64,000 bases of DNA, taken from NCBI GenBank assembly GCA_963737125.1, contig CAVTRL010000006.1, positions 64,352 to 128,351 on the forward strand. Direction: 5' to 3'. The position numbers and the translations under genes are program-made. The notes under the pieces were generated by a model, which worked only from the letters and a program-made list of their open reading frames with translations, had not been told where the DNA came from and did not search any database. Positions 49,008-59,482 of this stretch are shown piece by piece (the first letter of the stretch is position 1; every line of letters starts with the position of its first letter). Source of the DNA: an uncultured Chloroflexia bacterium (lineage in GTDB: Bacteria > Chloroflexota > UBA5177).

Positions 49008-49757
49008 ATGGGCGCCATCATCGAACAAGGAGAAAGACCAGGAGCCATGGCAAATGCTAAGGCGGATGCACGGGCGAACGAGAGTGACGCCGACAAGGCA
49101 GATAGCGCCTGGGGGCGGGTAGCTCAACGCGAGCCACGCTGGCCTGCCGCGGTCGCGGTCATCATTGCGCTTGTCCTGTATGTCACGCTTCCCGATAAAC
49201 TCACGTTCGGGCCGAAGTGGCTGTTGCCGGGACTCGAGGCTGCCCTGTTGCTGCCCTTAATGGTCACATCACCCGATCGCGACGATGAGGAAGCGCGCTG
49301 GCAGCGTATAAGCGCGCTGGCGGTGATCGCGATCATCAATCTCGCGAACGTCGTATCGCTGGTATTCCTGGTACACGAGCTGCTCCGCGGGAAGGCATCC
49401 AACGGTCACCAACTCATTTTCTTTTCCGTGCAGATCTGGGTAACGAACGTGATCGTCTTTGCCCTGTGGTATTGGGAGCTGGATCGCGGTGGCCCGGGTA
49501 AACGCTGCCGGCAGATGCACCGCGAACCGGATTTTCTCTTTCCTCAGATGTCGACACCGGGGGCGGCACCTGAAAACTGGTACCCATCGTTTATCGATTA
49601 CACGTACGTGTCGTTTACCAACGCCACAGCGTTTAGCCCGACCGACACCATGCCATTGACCGAGTGGGCGAAAATCCTGATGATGATTCAGTCGCTGGCA
49701 TCACTCATCACCGTCGCGCTGGTAGCCGCACGGGCGGTCAACATTCTGGGAGGGTAA
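49008..49757 (+). CDS. Membrane protein (DUF1345-like)
   Basis: Four to five TM helices. The family is from recall only. Confidence 0.35.
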   Translation: MGAIIEQGERPGAMANAKADARANESDADKADSAWGRVAQREPRWPAAVAVIIALVLYVTLPDKLTFGPKWLLPGLEAALLLPLMVTSPDRDDEEARWQRISALAVIAIINLANVVSLVFLVHELLRGKASNGHQLIFFSVQIWVTNVIVFALWYWELDRGGPGKRCRQMHREPDFLFPQMSTPGAAPENWYPSFIDYTYVSFTNATAFSPTDTMPLTEWAKILMMIQSLASLITVALVAARAVNILGG

Positions 49758-49763
49758 GGAACG

Positions 49764-50663
49764 CTATGCGTTCGCCGCTCTTTGGAAGTGCGCCGGGCGA
49801 CCTCCGTAGGCGCTAATCACCTGACGAGCGATCTCGTTGGCAAATTGGCAGGCGGCATACAGTTCGTCTCCCCGCTGCAGCGCCACCAGAGCACCGGCAT
49901 TGAAAGCGTCTCCCGCTCCGGTCGTGTCGACCGGTTGGACCGGTTGCGTCGGCACCTCGCGCGCTTCGCCGTTCGCGGCAAACACCGCGCCGTCAGCGCC
50001 GTGCTTGACGAGGACGGTGGGGACTACCCTGGCAAGTGCGAGCGCGGCCCTGCGACCATCCGTTTCGCCGGTGAGCGCTTCAGCTTCAATTCGATTGGGA
50101 AGCAAGAGCCCGGCTCCGCAGCCGGACAGAGCGTCGAGCAACCGTCGACGGCCAAGCGCCACAATCGCGCCCACGGAAGACGGATCGAAGGAAAGTACTG
50201 CTCCACAGTCCCGCGCAATCCGAGCGGCTGCATCCAGCAAGGCGTATCCCGACGTGCTGAGCAACGCGTACCCCGTTATATGGACTCCATTGACGGGCGC
50301 ACCCAGCCCCGCATCGACAATATCGCCAGGCAGAAGATCGACATTGGCGCCGCGCGACGAACGCATGAGCCGCTCGCCCGAACCATCCAGGTTAACGGCC
50401 ACGCACCCGGTTTCCATGCCCTGAACCGAGCGGACCATCACGAGCACTCCCTCCGCCGACAGCTCGTCCTGCAGCATTTTCCCGACACCGTCGCCGCCGA
50501 CACACCCCACGAAAGTCACGTCGCTCTCGAGATGTGCCATCCAGGCGGCAGTATTGGCAGCAGAGCCACCCGATCGGGCCAACATTCCGCCGTATTGCTC
50601 CTCGTGCTTCAGCTCGGGGAGGAGCAGTACATCCAGCATCAGATCGCCGATGACCAGATTCAC
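49764..50663 (-). CDS. psuK: PfkB-family carbohydrate kinase, probable pseudouridine kinase
   Basis: PfkB motifs GGSAANTA and ...DTTGAGDAFNAG. Translationally coupled (4-nt overlap) to psuG. Confidence 0.7.
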   Translation of the reverse strand: MNLVIGDLMLDVLLLPELKHEEQYGGMLARSGGSAANTAAWMAHLESDVTFVGCVGGDGVGKMLQDELSAEGVLVMVRSVQGMETGCVAVNLDGSGERLMRSSRGANVDLLPGDIVDAGLGAPVNGVHITGYALLSTSGYALLDAAARIARDCGAVLSFDPSSVGAIVALGRRRLLDALSGCGAGLLLPNRIEAEALTGETDGRRAALALARVVPTVLVKHGADGAVFAANGEAREVPTQPVQPVDTTGAGDAFNAGALVALQRGDELYAACQFANEIARQVISAYGGRPAHFQRAANA

Positions 50664-51661
50664 GAGCCAAGCGCCACAGCCACCTCGGCTGCTACCGATG
50701 CATTCGATATGAGTAGAGCAAGGTTCGCTTCGACGGTCCGTCCCTGGCTGAGTTCGGCGACCTGTTCCAGCAGGTAGGGCGTCACCTGTTTACCGGTAAT
50801 ACCATCCCGCGTGGCAGCCTCTTGAGCATCGATCAACCAGTGCTGCCATTGATCGAGCGGAATTGCACAGTGCCCGGGGATTGGATTACCCAGCACTATC
50901 CCCGACTTCAAACCCAATTCCCAGTGCGCACGCGCAACCGCGGCGACCTCAGGCGCGCCGGCCAGTGCTGTTGCAGCCACGCCGCTTCGGGTGAGGTAAA
51001 AGCCGGGGAAATCCTCGGTCATGTACCCGTATACCGGCACGCCGGCGGTTTCCAGAAATTCGAGCGTGCGCGGAATATCCAGGACTGATTTCGCACCGGA
51101 ACAGACCGTTATGACGGGACTTCGAGCCAGTTGAAGGAGATCTGCCGATACGTCACCGGCACTACTTGGCACATGCACGCCGCCAATCCCTCCGGTGGCA
51201 AAAACGCGAACGCCGGCCAGGCGGGCAGCGTACAGGGTTGCGGCCACCGTTAATCCGGCCGAAAGCCGCAGCGCGAGGACCATGCCAAGATCGCGTACGG
51301 ATGCCTTCTCTCGCTTCGGATCGCGCGCCACCGTAGCCACACGATCGGGCGAAGCCCCGATCCACAGTGCACCCTCGTGGGCCAAGCAGACGGCTGGAGT
51401 CGCGCCGTGCGCTCGGACAGCATGTTCCATGGAGGCGACGACATCGACATTGTGCGGTTCGGGAAGACCGTGTGTTATTACAGCGGATTCCAGAGCCACC
51501 ACGGGCCGGCCCAGTCGAAGTGCTTCCGCGACCTCCTCACCCAGTTGAACGCGCTCCGAAGACGGTCGTCCATCTACCTCGTCCACCGCAAGCACGTCTA
51601 CCTTCCTCCATCCGCGCCGTCTCCCGCCGTCCGCATTGTAATGGGAGTGCCCCCGCACCAC
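50660..51661 (-). CDS. psuG: Pseudouridine-5'-phosphate glycosidase
   Basis: ...ALESAVITHGLP.P.N......GATPA......G...IG and ...FATGGIGGVH match the PsuG (IndA) family. Confidence 0.85.
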   Translation of the reverse strand: MVRGHSHYNADGGRRRGWRKVDVLAVDEVDGRPSSERVQLGEEVAEALRLGRPVVALESAVITHGLPEPHNVDVVASMEHAVRAHGATPAVCLAHEGALWIGASPDRVATVARDPKREKASVRDLGMVLALRLSAGLTVAATLYAARLAGVRVFATGGIGGVHVPSSAGDVSADLLQLARSPVITVCSGAKSVLDIPRTLEFLETAGVPVYGYMTEDFPGFYLTRSGVAATALAGAPEVAAVARAHWELGLKSGIVLGNPIPGHCAIPLDQWQHWLIDAQEAATRDGITGKQVTPYLLEQVAELSQGRTVEANLALLISNASVAAEVAVALGS

Positions 51662-51688
51662 CGGGGCATCCGACGCGGCCGCGGAGCC

Positions 51689-52147
51689 TTACGTACGGTC
51701 CTCCTTGCTCCAGGCTGCCAGCCAGGCCCCAATAAGTGCGATTTCGCCGGCGGCGTCCACGAGGTATATCGGACTGATCTCCCGGCGTAACCCGTACACC
51801 ACATCGATAGCGGCTAGCGAAGCCGCCGACGTGGCGCCCAGCAACGGTAATTCGATTTCGAGGTCTCCTCGCACCCCGGCCACGGAAAGCGTGGCTCCAA
51901 TTGATGCAATCAGGAGACCGGCGGCTTTGACCAGCCACAGATCACGCTTGCGTCCGGTGATTGCCTGGAATGACTCGATATGGAACACCGGCCAAAGACC
52001 AGTGCTCGCGTAAAACGTTCCTTGTAGACAGGCGACAGCACGAAGAAGATCCGCACGCGAACCTCCTCCGGATATGATACGGCCGGCTATATTGGGCAAC
52101 ATGAGAACAACCCTCGCTCGCGCGTGCTTCCACGCGGACGGGCGCAC
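51689..52147 (-). CDS. Hypothetical membrane protein
   Basis: Three to four hydrophobic segments. No family recognised. Confidence 0.3.
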   Translation of the reverse strand: MRPSAWKHARARVVLMLPNIAGRIISGGGSRADLLRAVACLQGTFYASTGLWPVFHIESFQAITGRKRDLWLVKAAGLLIASIGATLSVAGVRGDLEIELPLLGATSAASLAAIDVVYGLRREISPIYLVDAAGEIALIGAWLAAWSKEDRT

Positions 52148-52177
52148 ACGAATCCGGTATTCACGCCCGGTTCGTGG

Positions 52178-52687
52178 CTACGACGCTTCTGACGCGTGGA
52201 TTGCACTCTCTTTATTGGGCGCCGGCGTGCCGGGAGTATGCAGGTAGCTCTCGACCCCGCGGACGTGCGGAACAGCACCGACGAGATCAATCAACGTTTG
52301 TATGTCGGATTCCGAATCCAGTTGCCCTCTCAGAATGGCGATACCACTAACCACGTTCAGGTTGTACTCGCCTTTGGGGGCCTTTGGGTCTCCGAATACT
52401 TCACTCTCGATACGATCACGCAGCGTGTTGTCGTCGGGATTGGCATTATCGGGCGTAAGCACGTTCAGTGTGTCGGAAGCAGTGCCGACCGTCCTCCCTG
52501 CGGTGTATCGAGCTTGCTTATCGGCTTGCCGTTTCCCTTTTTTCCAGAACGAGGTTCCAAACTGCATCAGTTTTTGTCGCCTGTTCTTGCCATTCGCACC
52601 ATCAAATAACAAAGCCAGTGTGCTTCCCAGTACCCCTGCCACCAACCAGGATCGAAGTGTCGGCCCACCACTACCTCGTTTTGCCAT
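52178..52687 (-). CDS. BON-domain (OsmY-like) protein
   Basis: N-terminal TM. The C-terminus has ...NVVSGIAILRGQLDSESDIQTLIDLVGAVPHVRGVES, a BON domain pattern. Confidence 0.6.
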   Translation of the reverse strand: MAKRGSGGPTLRSWLVAGVLGSTLALLFDGANGKNRRQKLMQFGTSFWKKGKRQADKQARYTAGRTVGTASDTLNVLTPDNANPDDNTLRDRIESEVFGDPKAPKGEYNLNVVSGIAILRGQLDSESDIQTLIDLVGAVPHVRGVESYLHTPGTPAPNKESAIHASEAS

Positions 52688-52946
52688 CTCAACTCTCCTC
52701 GTCCACGCAATTGCAATTTCAGTCTGGAAGCGGCATGTATCCGGATTGAATACTCACCACATTCAGAACTTAACAAGGGTGGGCATGAATCATGCCGCCC
52801 GTTTGCCTGAGGGTTGGCGAACAATATCTCAATGGCTGTACTGGTTTGCATACCCATGGCACAATGCTTGCTTTACCTCATCGTGGGGTTTTCACGCCCC
52901 CGGACGTTGGACAAGGTGTCATTTCTGAGCGCAAAAGGAGACTGTT

Positions 52947-53411
52947 ATGAGCAATGTAACGAAGTCAATCGATGTTGATGTGCCGGTCCGAACGGCGTAT
53001 AACCAGTGGACTCAGTTTGAGAGCTTCCCAAATTTCATGGAGGGAGTCGAAGAGGTTCGGCAAATCGACGACACCCACATGCACTGGCGCACCAACATTG
53101 GAGGAGACGAGGCGGAGTGGGACGCCGAAGTGACGGAGCAGATTCCTGACGAGCGCGTCGCGTGGCGCAACACGAACGGTAAGACAAACGCCGGCGTCGT
53201 GACGTTCCATCGCATGGGCGACAACCAGACGCGCGTGACCGTGCAGATTGACTATGAAGCCGAGGGAATGGTCGAAAACGTCGGTGACAAGCTTGGCTTC
53301 GACGATCGCCGCGTGCAGGGCGACCTCGAGCGATTCAAAGAGTTTATAGAGTCGCAGGGCAGTGCGACCGGAGCGTGGCGAGGGGAAGTACGACAGACCA
53401 CGACCTCATAA
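52947..53411 (+). CDS. SRPBCC-superfamily (polyketide cyclase/dehydrase-like) protein
   Basis: ~150 aa with the START/Bet v1-like pattern SIDVDVPVRTAYNQWTQFESFPNFM. Confidence 0.55.
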   Translation: MSNVTKSIDVDVPVRTAYNQWTQFESFPNFMEGVEEVRQIDDTHMHWRTNIGGDEAEWDAEVTEQIPDERVAWRNTNGKTNAGVVTFHRMGDNQTRVTVQIDYEAEGMVENVGDKLGFDDRRVQGDLERFKEFIESQGSATGAWRGEVRQTTTS

Positions 53412-53477
53412 CGATTTTTCGGTGATAGGAGGGCCGGTTCGTGGGTAACGGGCCGGCTTTTCTCTTCCCTGGAAGAT

Positions 53478-54443
53478 TTAGAAGGTCGCTACGAAAAGTA
53501 TCCGGCGGAAGCCATAAAAGACCGGGCTTCCGGGCCAGAGAGCGCGGAGGATTGTCTTATATCGATCCAGGAACGGTTCGTGCAAGTCGTTCGGCAAGCG
53601 ATCAAAATACGGCACCAACGCCGTTCCCAGGCTCCAATCGGCGAGCGCATCCGCATCATCCAGAACATGGGGATACACCTTCTCGATCGCCGTTATGTCA
53701 TGCCCACCGCATTCCCATAAAATTTCGGCGTACCGGCCCACTCCAAGTTCCGGGAACTTGCGGTTGTAGCCGTCCAGTGCCTGCTTGAATGGAGCTTCCA
53801 GCGCGACGCGGCGAATAGAGGCCAGGGCCGGGTGTTCTCCATTTGAGGGCAGCTGCACGGCGATTTGACCGCCGGGCGCGATCATCGACACCAATCGAGG
53901 AATGAGCCACTCGTGGTCGTCGATCCACTGGATAGCGGCGTGAGAAAACAGAAGGTCCCATTTCCCGACGACATTCGCGATGTCGGCCAACTCGAAGCGT
54001 AAGCCAGGTCGGGCGTATTGTTCGGCACGCTTGAGCATTTCCGGGGAGCTATCGACTCCCAGCACGTCGCTATCGGGCAACAATTCGGCGAGTCGCAGGG
54101 TGAGCTCTCCCGGACCACACCCCAGATCCACCACTCGCTGACCGGGGCGATTGTCGAGAAGCGCAACGAGATCGTCGAACGGCGCTGCTCGCTCGCTTTG
54201 AAATTGGTGATACTTGTCGGGATTCCACGGCACGGCTCTACTCCTTGCGGCGCCATCCTCGGCGTGGATGGCAATAGCGGTCACCGAGAATACAGGATAC
54301 GGCGGTGGTGGGCCCGAAGCAGTCGTCGCTCGATCACCACTGCTACGCTCAAACATCGGAGGTACGGCGGTAGGCCTTCCGCGGGCGAGGAGGGCTCGAA
54401 TCCTGTCGGCGACCCGGAAATGCCGCAATACGCGGAGAAACAT
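53478..54443 (-). CDS. SAM-dependent methyltransferase, trans-aconitate methyltransferase (Tam)-like
   Basis: WNPDKYHQF...RAAPFDDLVALL...VVDLGCGPGELT closely follows the Tam N-terminus and motif I. The true start is likely ~200 nt inside the ORF. Confidence 0.65.
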   Translation of the reverse strand: MFLRVLRHFRVADRIRALLARGRPTAVPPMFERSSGDRATTASGPPPPYPVFSVTAIAIHAEDGAARSRAVPWNPDKYHQFQSERAAPFDDLVALLDNRPGQRVVDLGCGPGELTLRLAELLPDSDVLGVDSSPEMLKRAEQYARPGLRFELADIANVVGKWDLLFSHAAIQWIDDHEWLIPRLVSMIAPGGQIAVQLPSNGEHPALASIRRVALEAPFKQALDGYNRKFPELGVGRYAEILWECGGHDITAIEKVYPHVLDDADALADWSLGTALVPYFDRLPNDLHEPFLDRYKTILRALWPGSPVFYGFRRILFVATF

Positions 54444-55324
54444 TGAGCAACATGCGGATACTGATTACCGGCGGCGAGGGCCAATTGGCATCGGACCTGG
54501 CGCGCGCCTGCGCACGGCACGACGTGGTGTCGCTCGGAAGGAGCGCGCTGGATATTACACAGGCGGACAGCGTGGCAGCGGCTCTGTCGCGGTACACCCC
54601 CGATGTGGTTTTCAACACAGCCGCATTTCATCGCGTCGACATCTGTGAGTCCGAGCCGGAATCGGCCTTTTTGGTGAACGCCGCGGCGCCTCAGCGCCTC
54701 GCTCAGGCGTGCGCCAGGCACGGCGTGTACCTCGTTCACTTCAGTACCGACTACGTATTCGACGGCCACAAGCGCACTCCGTACACAGAAGCAGATTCAG
54801 TCAACCCGTTGAGCGTGTACGGTGCGTCGAAGGCCGCAGGAGAAATGGCAGTCCGTTGCACGACGGAACGTCATCTCATCATTCGTACCACCGGAGTCTT
54901 TGGCGTGGCAGGCACGCGGACGCGCCATGGTAACTTCGTGGAAACGATGCTTCGGCTTGGCGAGCGTGGTGAGCCTTTGTCGGTAGTATCCGATCAAACG
55001 GTGACCCCGACCTACGCCTCCCACCTGGCAACTGCCACGCTGCGGTTGGTGGAGCGTGATGCGCGCGGCACCGTGCATGTTACCAACACGGGATCGTGTT
55101 CCTGGTACGAGTTCGCAGTGGAAATCTTCCGGCTGGCCGGAGCCTCGGTTGCGGTGCTACCAACCGAACAGGCCAGGAGACCGAGCCCGGCCGCGCGTCC
55201 GGCGTATAGTGTGTTGGCACACGATCGACTCGTGGGTTTCGGAGTTGCCGATTTGCCGCACTGGCAACAGGGTCTACAGGAGTACTTTTCGGCTCGATCG
55301 CCGGCGTCTTCGGCGAAAGTCTGA
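54443..55324 (+). CDS. rmlD: dTDP-4-dehydrorhamnose reductase
   Basis: MRILITGGEGQLASDL...DVVFNTAAFHRVDICE...STDYVFDG...YGASKAAGE. Confidence 0.8.
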   Translation: MSNMRILITGGEGQLASDLARACARHDVVSLGRSALDITQADSVAAALSRYTPDVVFNTAAFHRVDICESEPESAFLVNAAAPQRLAQACARHGVYLVHFSTDYVFDGHKRTPYTEADSVNPLSVYGASKAAGEMAVRCTTERHLIIRTTGVFGVAGTRTRHGNFVETMLRLGERGEPLSVVSDQTVTPTYASHLATATLRLVERDARGTVHVTNTGSCSWYEFAVEIFRLAGASVAVLPTEQARRPSPAARPAYSVLAHDRLVGFGVADLPHWQQGLQEYFSARSPASSAKV

Positions 55325-55438
55325 CGCGCGTGACATACCCGTTCGTGGTGAAATGTGGACCGAAGTTGAGATTGGCCCGTCGAGTACACCCACCAACCTG
55401 ATTAAACACAGTATGCTCGGAGTGTCGGCCGCCGATGT

Positions 55439-56143
55439 ATGATTGTCCCAACGTCCGACGATGGAGGCATGGTGATTCGCGTAGCGCTTGCTGACCGCGA
55501 GCATCTTCTCGTACAGGCAGTCTCTCACCTGGTGAGTGCTGAGGCCGATATGGTCGTTTCCAGCATCTATTGGGATGGTGAGTCTTTAATCGAGGGGCTT
55601 TCTGATAAACCCGCCGACGTTGCCTTGATGGACCCGATCGGCTTGAGCGCGATGGGTATGGAAGTCGTTCGGCAGGTCATCACGGCTCATCCAGAGACCG
55701 CTGTGGTGGTTCTCACGGCAAATCAGCAGGAACAGCAGCTGTTCGCCGCCATTCGGGCCGGTGCGCGCGGGTATCTCTCGAAGAGCTCCGATATCACTGA
55801 AGTACTGGCGGCGATACGCGCGGTCGCGTATGGCGAGGCGCTCATCAGTCCCGAGCTTGCAGTCCAATTGCTTGCCGAATTCGCGCGGCTCAGTTTCATA
55901 GAGACGGGTCTCACCAGTCGGGAACGCGACATTCTCAACGCAATCGTTCGTGGCGACAGTAACCGTGAGATTGCCCTTGGCCTGGGACTGAGTGAAAAAA
56001 CCGTGAAGAACTACGTCAGCGATATTCTCAGCAAGCTGCACGTCCGCGACCGTACCGAGGCTGCGGTGTACGCGTTACAGATGGGTTTGGTGAGCGAGGG
56101 CGACTGGCGAATGTCGATCAAGAAGCGCCAATCGCAAGGGTAG
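55439..56143 (+). CDS. NarL/LuxR-family response regulator (no adjacent histidine kinase)
   Basis: Receiver motifs ...VALMDPIGLSAMG..., VVVLTAN and GARGYLSK. The C-terminal LuxR HTH is LTSRERDILNAIVRGDSNREIALGLGLSEKTVKNYVSDILSKL. Confidence 0.8.
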   Translation: MIVPTSDDGGMVIRVALADREHLLVQAVSHLVSAEADMVVSSIYWDGESLIEGLSDKPADVALMDPIGLSAMGMEVVRQVITAHPETAVVVLTANQQEQQLFAAIRAGARGYLSKSSDITEVLAAIRAVAYGEALISPELAVQLLAEFARLSFIETGLTSRERDILNAIVRGDSNREIALGLGLSEKTVKNYVSDILSKLHVRDRTEAAVYALQMGLVSEGDWRMSIKKRQSQG

Positions 56144-56266
56144 CGACATATTTGTTGCGCTAAAATTTGCCCTTGAATAGGGTGTTCTCGGTAGGCACAA
56201 TAAGCAACGTCCCACCTCCACGGCTTCCGGGCCGTGCAGCATCCCATAGAACCCGTGGAGATTCGT

Positions 56267-56782
56267 ATGTCGTTCATCCTGTTGTTCGCGCTTCTGCTCG
56301 CCGTTTCCGTGTACTGGTGCATCACGCAGATCATGCCTGAACACCGAAAGTCCTCGCTGCTCAGACCCGGACTGGCGGAAGGCTTGATCACCAGTCTGAA
56401 CGAAAAGCGGCATGCCATGGGACTGCCGTTGCTCGAGCTGGATGAAGACTTGATGGACGTTGCAGAAAACAAAGCGTCGCATCAACTCCTGACGGGCCGC
56501 AGCGAGGAAGGATGGGAGTATCCGGACGAATACGCGGACCTGTTCGGTAGGAGCCTCCTGATGGAAACGCTCTTGACGGGTCCGTCGAGCATTATGGCCG
56601 ACCGTATCATGAAGCAACGCGACGTACTCGACGGTGAGTGGATCCGCTGCGGTATTGGCGTGGCGGGCGGAACGTCGACCAATGTGGTCGTAGCTCTGGT
56701 GTTGTGTCGCGAGCCATGGGATCTCGCCCCTCAACCTGCCCACCGGCGGTCGCTCCTGGCGCGTCTCGTCATCGGCCGGTAA
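56267..56782 (+). CDS. Possible CAP (SCP/PR-1, YkwD-like) domain protein with N-terminal signal/TM
   Basis: MSFILLFALLLAVSVYW followed by LNEKRHAMGLPLLELDEDLMDVAENKASHQL, resembling the YkwD CAP motif. Weak call. Confidence 0.35.
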   Translation: MSFILLFALLLAVSVYWCITQIMPEHRKSSLLRPGLAEGLITSLNEKRHAMGLPLLELDEDLMDVAENKASHQLLTGRSEEGWEYPDEYADLFGRSLLMETLLTGPSSIMADRIMKQRDVLDGEWIRCGIGVAGGTSTNVVVALVLCREPWDLAPQPAHRRSLLARLVIGR

Positions 56783-56830
56783 GAGCAAGCCCCGACTCCC
56801 ACCACGCTTGATATTCGGGCCGCTGGGCGG

Positions 56831-57469
56831 ATGCCCGGAGGTGACAAGCTGAGAGTGATTCTGCTCGGACCGCAAGGGTCGGGGAAAGGCACGCAGGCCG
56901 ATCTGTTGTCCGCGCGCACCAAGGCACGGCACATTGCAATGGGCAAGATCGTACGGGAGGAAATCAGTTCAGGGAGCGCTCTGGGCGGCACGCTTCATCA
57001 GTATGCCGATCGTGGAGAACTGGTTCCGGACGCTATCATCCTGGCTCTCATTCGGCCCCTTCTGGCTCAATGCACCGACTGGGTCCTCGACGGTTTCCCA
57101 CGCGACCTGGCGCAAGCGCGTGCCCTGGACGATGTGCTGCATGAGGAGAATTGCCCGCTCGATAGGGTGGTGGCATTGGAGCTTCCGGACAGCGCAGTGC
57201 TGGCTCGCCTCTCCGGCCGACGCGAAAGTGCAGCGACCGGCGAAGTATATCACCTACTATATAATCCCCCGCCGCCGGGCGATCCGGGCCCATTCGTCGT
57301 GCGCACCGACGACGAGCCGCATGCCATCAAACGTCGCCTGGAGCTGTACCACACCGCAACAGAGCCTCTCAAGGAGTATTACAAGGCTCAGGGTTTACTC
57401 ATCGAGATCGACGCCCAGGGATCGATTGAAGACGTGAGACATCGCCTCTTCGCTGCGCTTGGGGTGTAA
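56831..57469 (+). CDS. adk: Adenylate kinase
   Basis: P-loop LLGPQGSGKGTQA, the NMP-binding region and LID ...RRESAATGEVYH... Confidence 0.85.
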   Translation: MPGGDKLRVILLGPQGSGKGTQADLLSARTKARHIAMGKIVREEISSGSALGGTLHQYADRGELVPDAIILALIRPLLAQCTDWVLDGFPRDLAQARALDDVLHEENCPLDRVVALELPDSAVLARLSGRRESAATGEVYHLLYNPPPPGDPGPFVVRTDDEPHAIKRRLELYHTATEPLKEYYKAQGLLIEIDAQGSIEDVRHRLFAALGV

Positions 57470-57526
57470 GACACCGATCGCCTACCTCGGATTCCGAGAA
57501 CTGGCTGCATAATCAGGTAAAACGAG

Positions 57527-58909
57527 GTGATTTCGATGCCTAACCCACTCACCTATCTGGAGCAGCGGCGGACGCAGTCGCTGCAGGAGTTACAGGAGAT
57601 CCTCCGCATCCCGAGCATTTCATCGCTGCCCGAACATGCCGGCGATGTCCAGCGCGCGGCTCGGTGGACCGCCGACCGTCTCGCCGCGGCGGGGATCGAG
57701 AATATCGCCATCATGCCGACCGGCGGACACCCGGTGATTTACGGTGACTGGCTGCACGCTGAAGGGCGCCCCACCGTATTGATCTACGGCCACTTCGACG
57801 TGCAACCGGTTGACCCGGTTGACCTCTGGACGACCTCGCCGTTCGATCCGCAAATCCGCGATGGACGGATCTACGCTCGCGGCGCTTCCGATATGAAGGG
57901 AAACCTGCTCATTTCCATCCTTGCAATCGAAGCACTGTTACAGGACGGAAAGCTGCCGGTGAATGTGAAATTTTTCCTTGAGGGGCAGGAGGAAATTGGA
58001 AGTCCACAGTTGCCCGCGTTCGTCCAGCAACATCGCGAGCTGTTCGCGGCGGATGTCGTGATCAGTGCCGACGGCACGCAATGGAGCGAGGACCAACCGG
58101 CGATGCTGATCGGGCTGCGAGGCGGCTGCGGCGTGCAAATCGACGTCCGAGGCGCCAAAGGCGATCTCCACTCGGGGATCTATGGCGGCGCGGTAGCGAA
58201 CCCAATCCATGCACTGGTACGGATTCTCGATTCCATGCGGAGCGCAGACGGCAAGATCCTGGTCGAGGGCTTCTTCGACGATGTCGTACCTCTGTCGGAT
58301 GAGGATCGACGTGCCATCGCCGCGATACCGTTCGACGAGACCGCCTATAAGGAGGAGCTCGGGGTGCCCGACCTGTACGGCGAGCCGGGATATACGCCGC
58401 TGGAGCGCGCCTGGGCTCGACCAACACTCGAGATCAACGGAATTTGGGGCGGTTTTCAGGGAGATGGCGTCAAGACCGTCTTACCGTCGGAAGCTCACGC
58501 CAAGATCACGTGCCGGTTGGTTCCCAACCAGGAGCCGGCGTCAATCGCTCAGCACTTGATCGAGCACGCTCGCACGGTGGCGCCGCCAGGAGTGACGGTG
58601 GAGGCGACGGCTCTACCATTTGAAGCAAAGCCGTATATTATCGCCCGCGATCATTGGGCCAATGACGTTGCAGCCGGAGTTCTTACCGAGCTCTATGGCA
58701 AGGAGCCGTTCTACACCAGGCTCGGCGGTAGCGTGCCCGTGGCGGAGCTCTTTTCCACCCATTTACAGGCGTTCACAGTGTCGTTTGCTTTTGGCCTCGA
58801 AGACGAAGGAGCTCATGCCCCTAACGAGTTCTTGCGGCTGCGCAATTTCGAGCGTGGCCAGGAAGCGTGGGTTCGCCTGTTCGAGCGTTTGGGAAGTGCA
58901 AGGCAGTAA
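57527..58909 (+). CDS. M20-family metallopeptidase (dipeptidase/DapE/ArgE-like)
   Basis: VLIYGHFDVQPVD...ARGASDMKGNLL carries the metal-binding His/Asp and catalytic Glu context of the M20 family. Confidence 0.75.
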   Translation: MISMPNPLTYLEQRRTQSLQELQEILRIPSISSLPEHAGDVQRAARWTADRLAAAGIENIAIMPTGGHPVIYGDWLHAEGRPTVLIYGHFDVQPVDPVDLWTTSPFDPQIRDGRIYARGASDMKGNLLISILAIEALLQDGKLPVNVKFFLEGQEEIGSPQLPAFVQQHRELFAADVVISADGTQWSEDQPAMLIGLRGGCGVQIDVRGAKGDLHSGIYGGAVANPIHALVRILDSMRSADGKILVEGFFDDVVPLSDEDRRAIAAIPFDETAYKEELGVPDLYGEPGYTPLERAWARPTLEINGIWGGFQGDGVKTVLPSEAHAKITCRLVPNQEPASIAQHLIEHARTVAPPGVTVEATALPFEAKPYIIARDHWANDVAAGVLTELYGKEPFYTRLGGSVPVAELFSTHLQAFTVSFAFGLEDEGAHAPNEFLRLRNFERGQEAWVRLFERLGSARQ

Positions 58910-58963
58910 GCCGGAGCATCCAGCCCGGTCACGGCCCTGGAGGCGGTGACCGGGCCGCACCGG

Positions 58964-59473
58964 TTACCTCCTGGCGAGCACTCGCATGCCTCGGTCCGCG
59001 GTGATTCCGTGCACCACCATCCCGGCAAGGGCGTACAGAATGGAGCCCACCAGGGCAGCCCGGAAACCGTGAACGATGAACCCGGGGATGAGCCACGCTG
59101 CGATTGCAAACAGTACCGCGTTGATGACGAACACAAACAGTCCGAATGTGACCAGCGTAATCGGCAGGGTGACGAGGACGAATACCGGACGCAAGAACGC
59201 GTTGAGAAACCCGATTACCACGGCCGCGCCGAGCGCCGACAGAAACGTGAGCCGTATGCCGGGGACAATATGTGCGATCAACAACAATGCGAGGGCCGAT
59301 AGCACCCAACGAATGAGAAGCCCTACCACTGGAAACCCCTTCCGATTGAGATCGTAGCAAGACGGCGGCGCGTTACGGACGCGATAGCTGCTGCCTCCTA
59401 GTATCGTTCGCAATGCGTCCGGATCACCAGAAACCGGACGATATAATCGGGCTCTTCCCCGACCCGACCACAA
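58964..59473 (-). CDS. DUF360 / phage-holin-4_2 superfamily membrane protein
   Basis: Four TM helices with WLIPGF..HGF.AALVGS... matching the 4-TMS holin-like family pattern. The true start is probably internal. Confidence 0.5.
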   Translation of the reverse strand: MWSGRGRARLYRPVSGDPDALRTILGGSSYRVRNAPPSCYDLNRKGFPVVGLLIRWVLSALALLLIAHIVPGIRLTFLSALGAAVVIGFLNAFLRPVFVLVTLPITLVTFGLFVFVINAVLFAIAAWLIPGFIVHGFRAALVGSILYALAGMVVHGITADRGMRVLARR

Positions 59474-59482
59474 GGACTGTTC

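Noticed and set aside
47991-49127. Treating the two RecQ-matching ORFs as separate genes with a long 5' extension (378 aa ORF starting at 49127)
   Set aside because: Their sequences are contiguous parts of one RecQ with a +1 shift at an A5 run. The 49127 start lies far upstream of the RecQ N-terminus (MTTTTD... at 48847).
56075-56932. 285-aa minus-strand ORF
   Set aside because: It is Arg-rich low-complexity antisense to the response-regulator 3' end, the CAP-domain gene and the adk start. It has no family match or RBS, so I consider it spurious.
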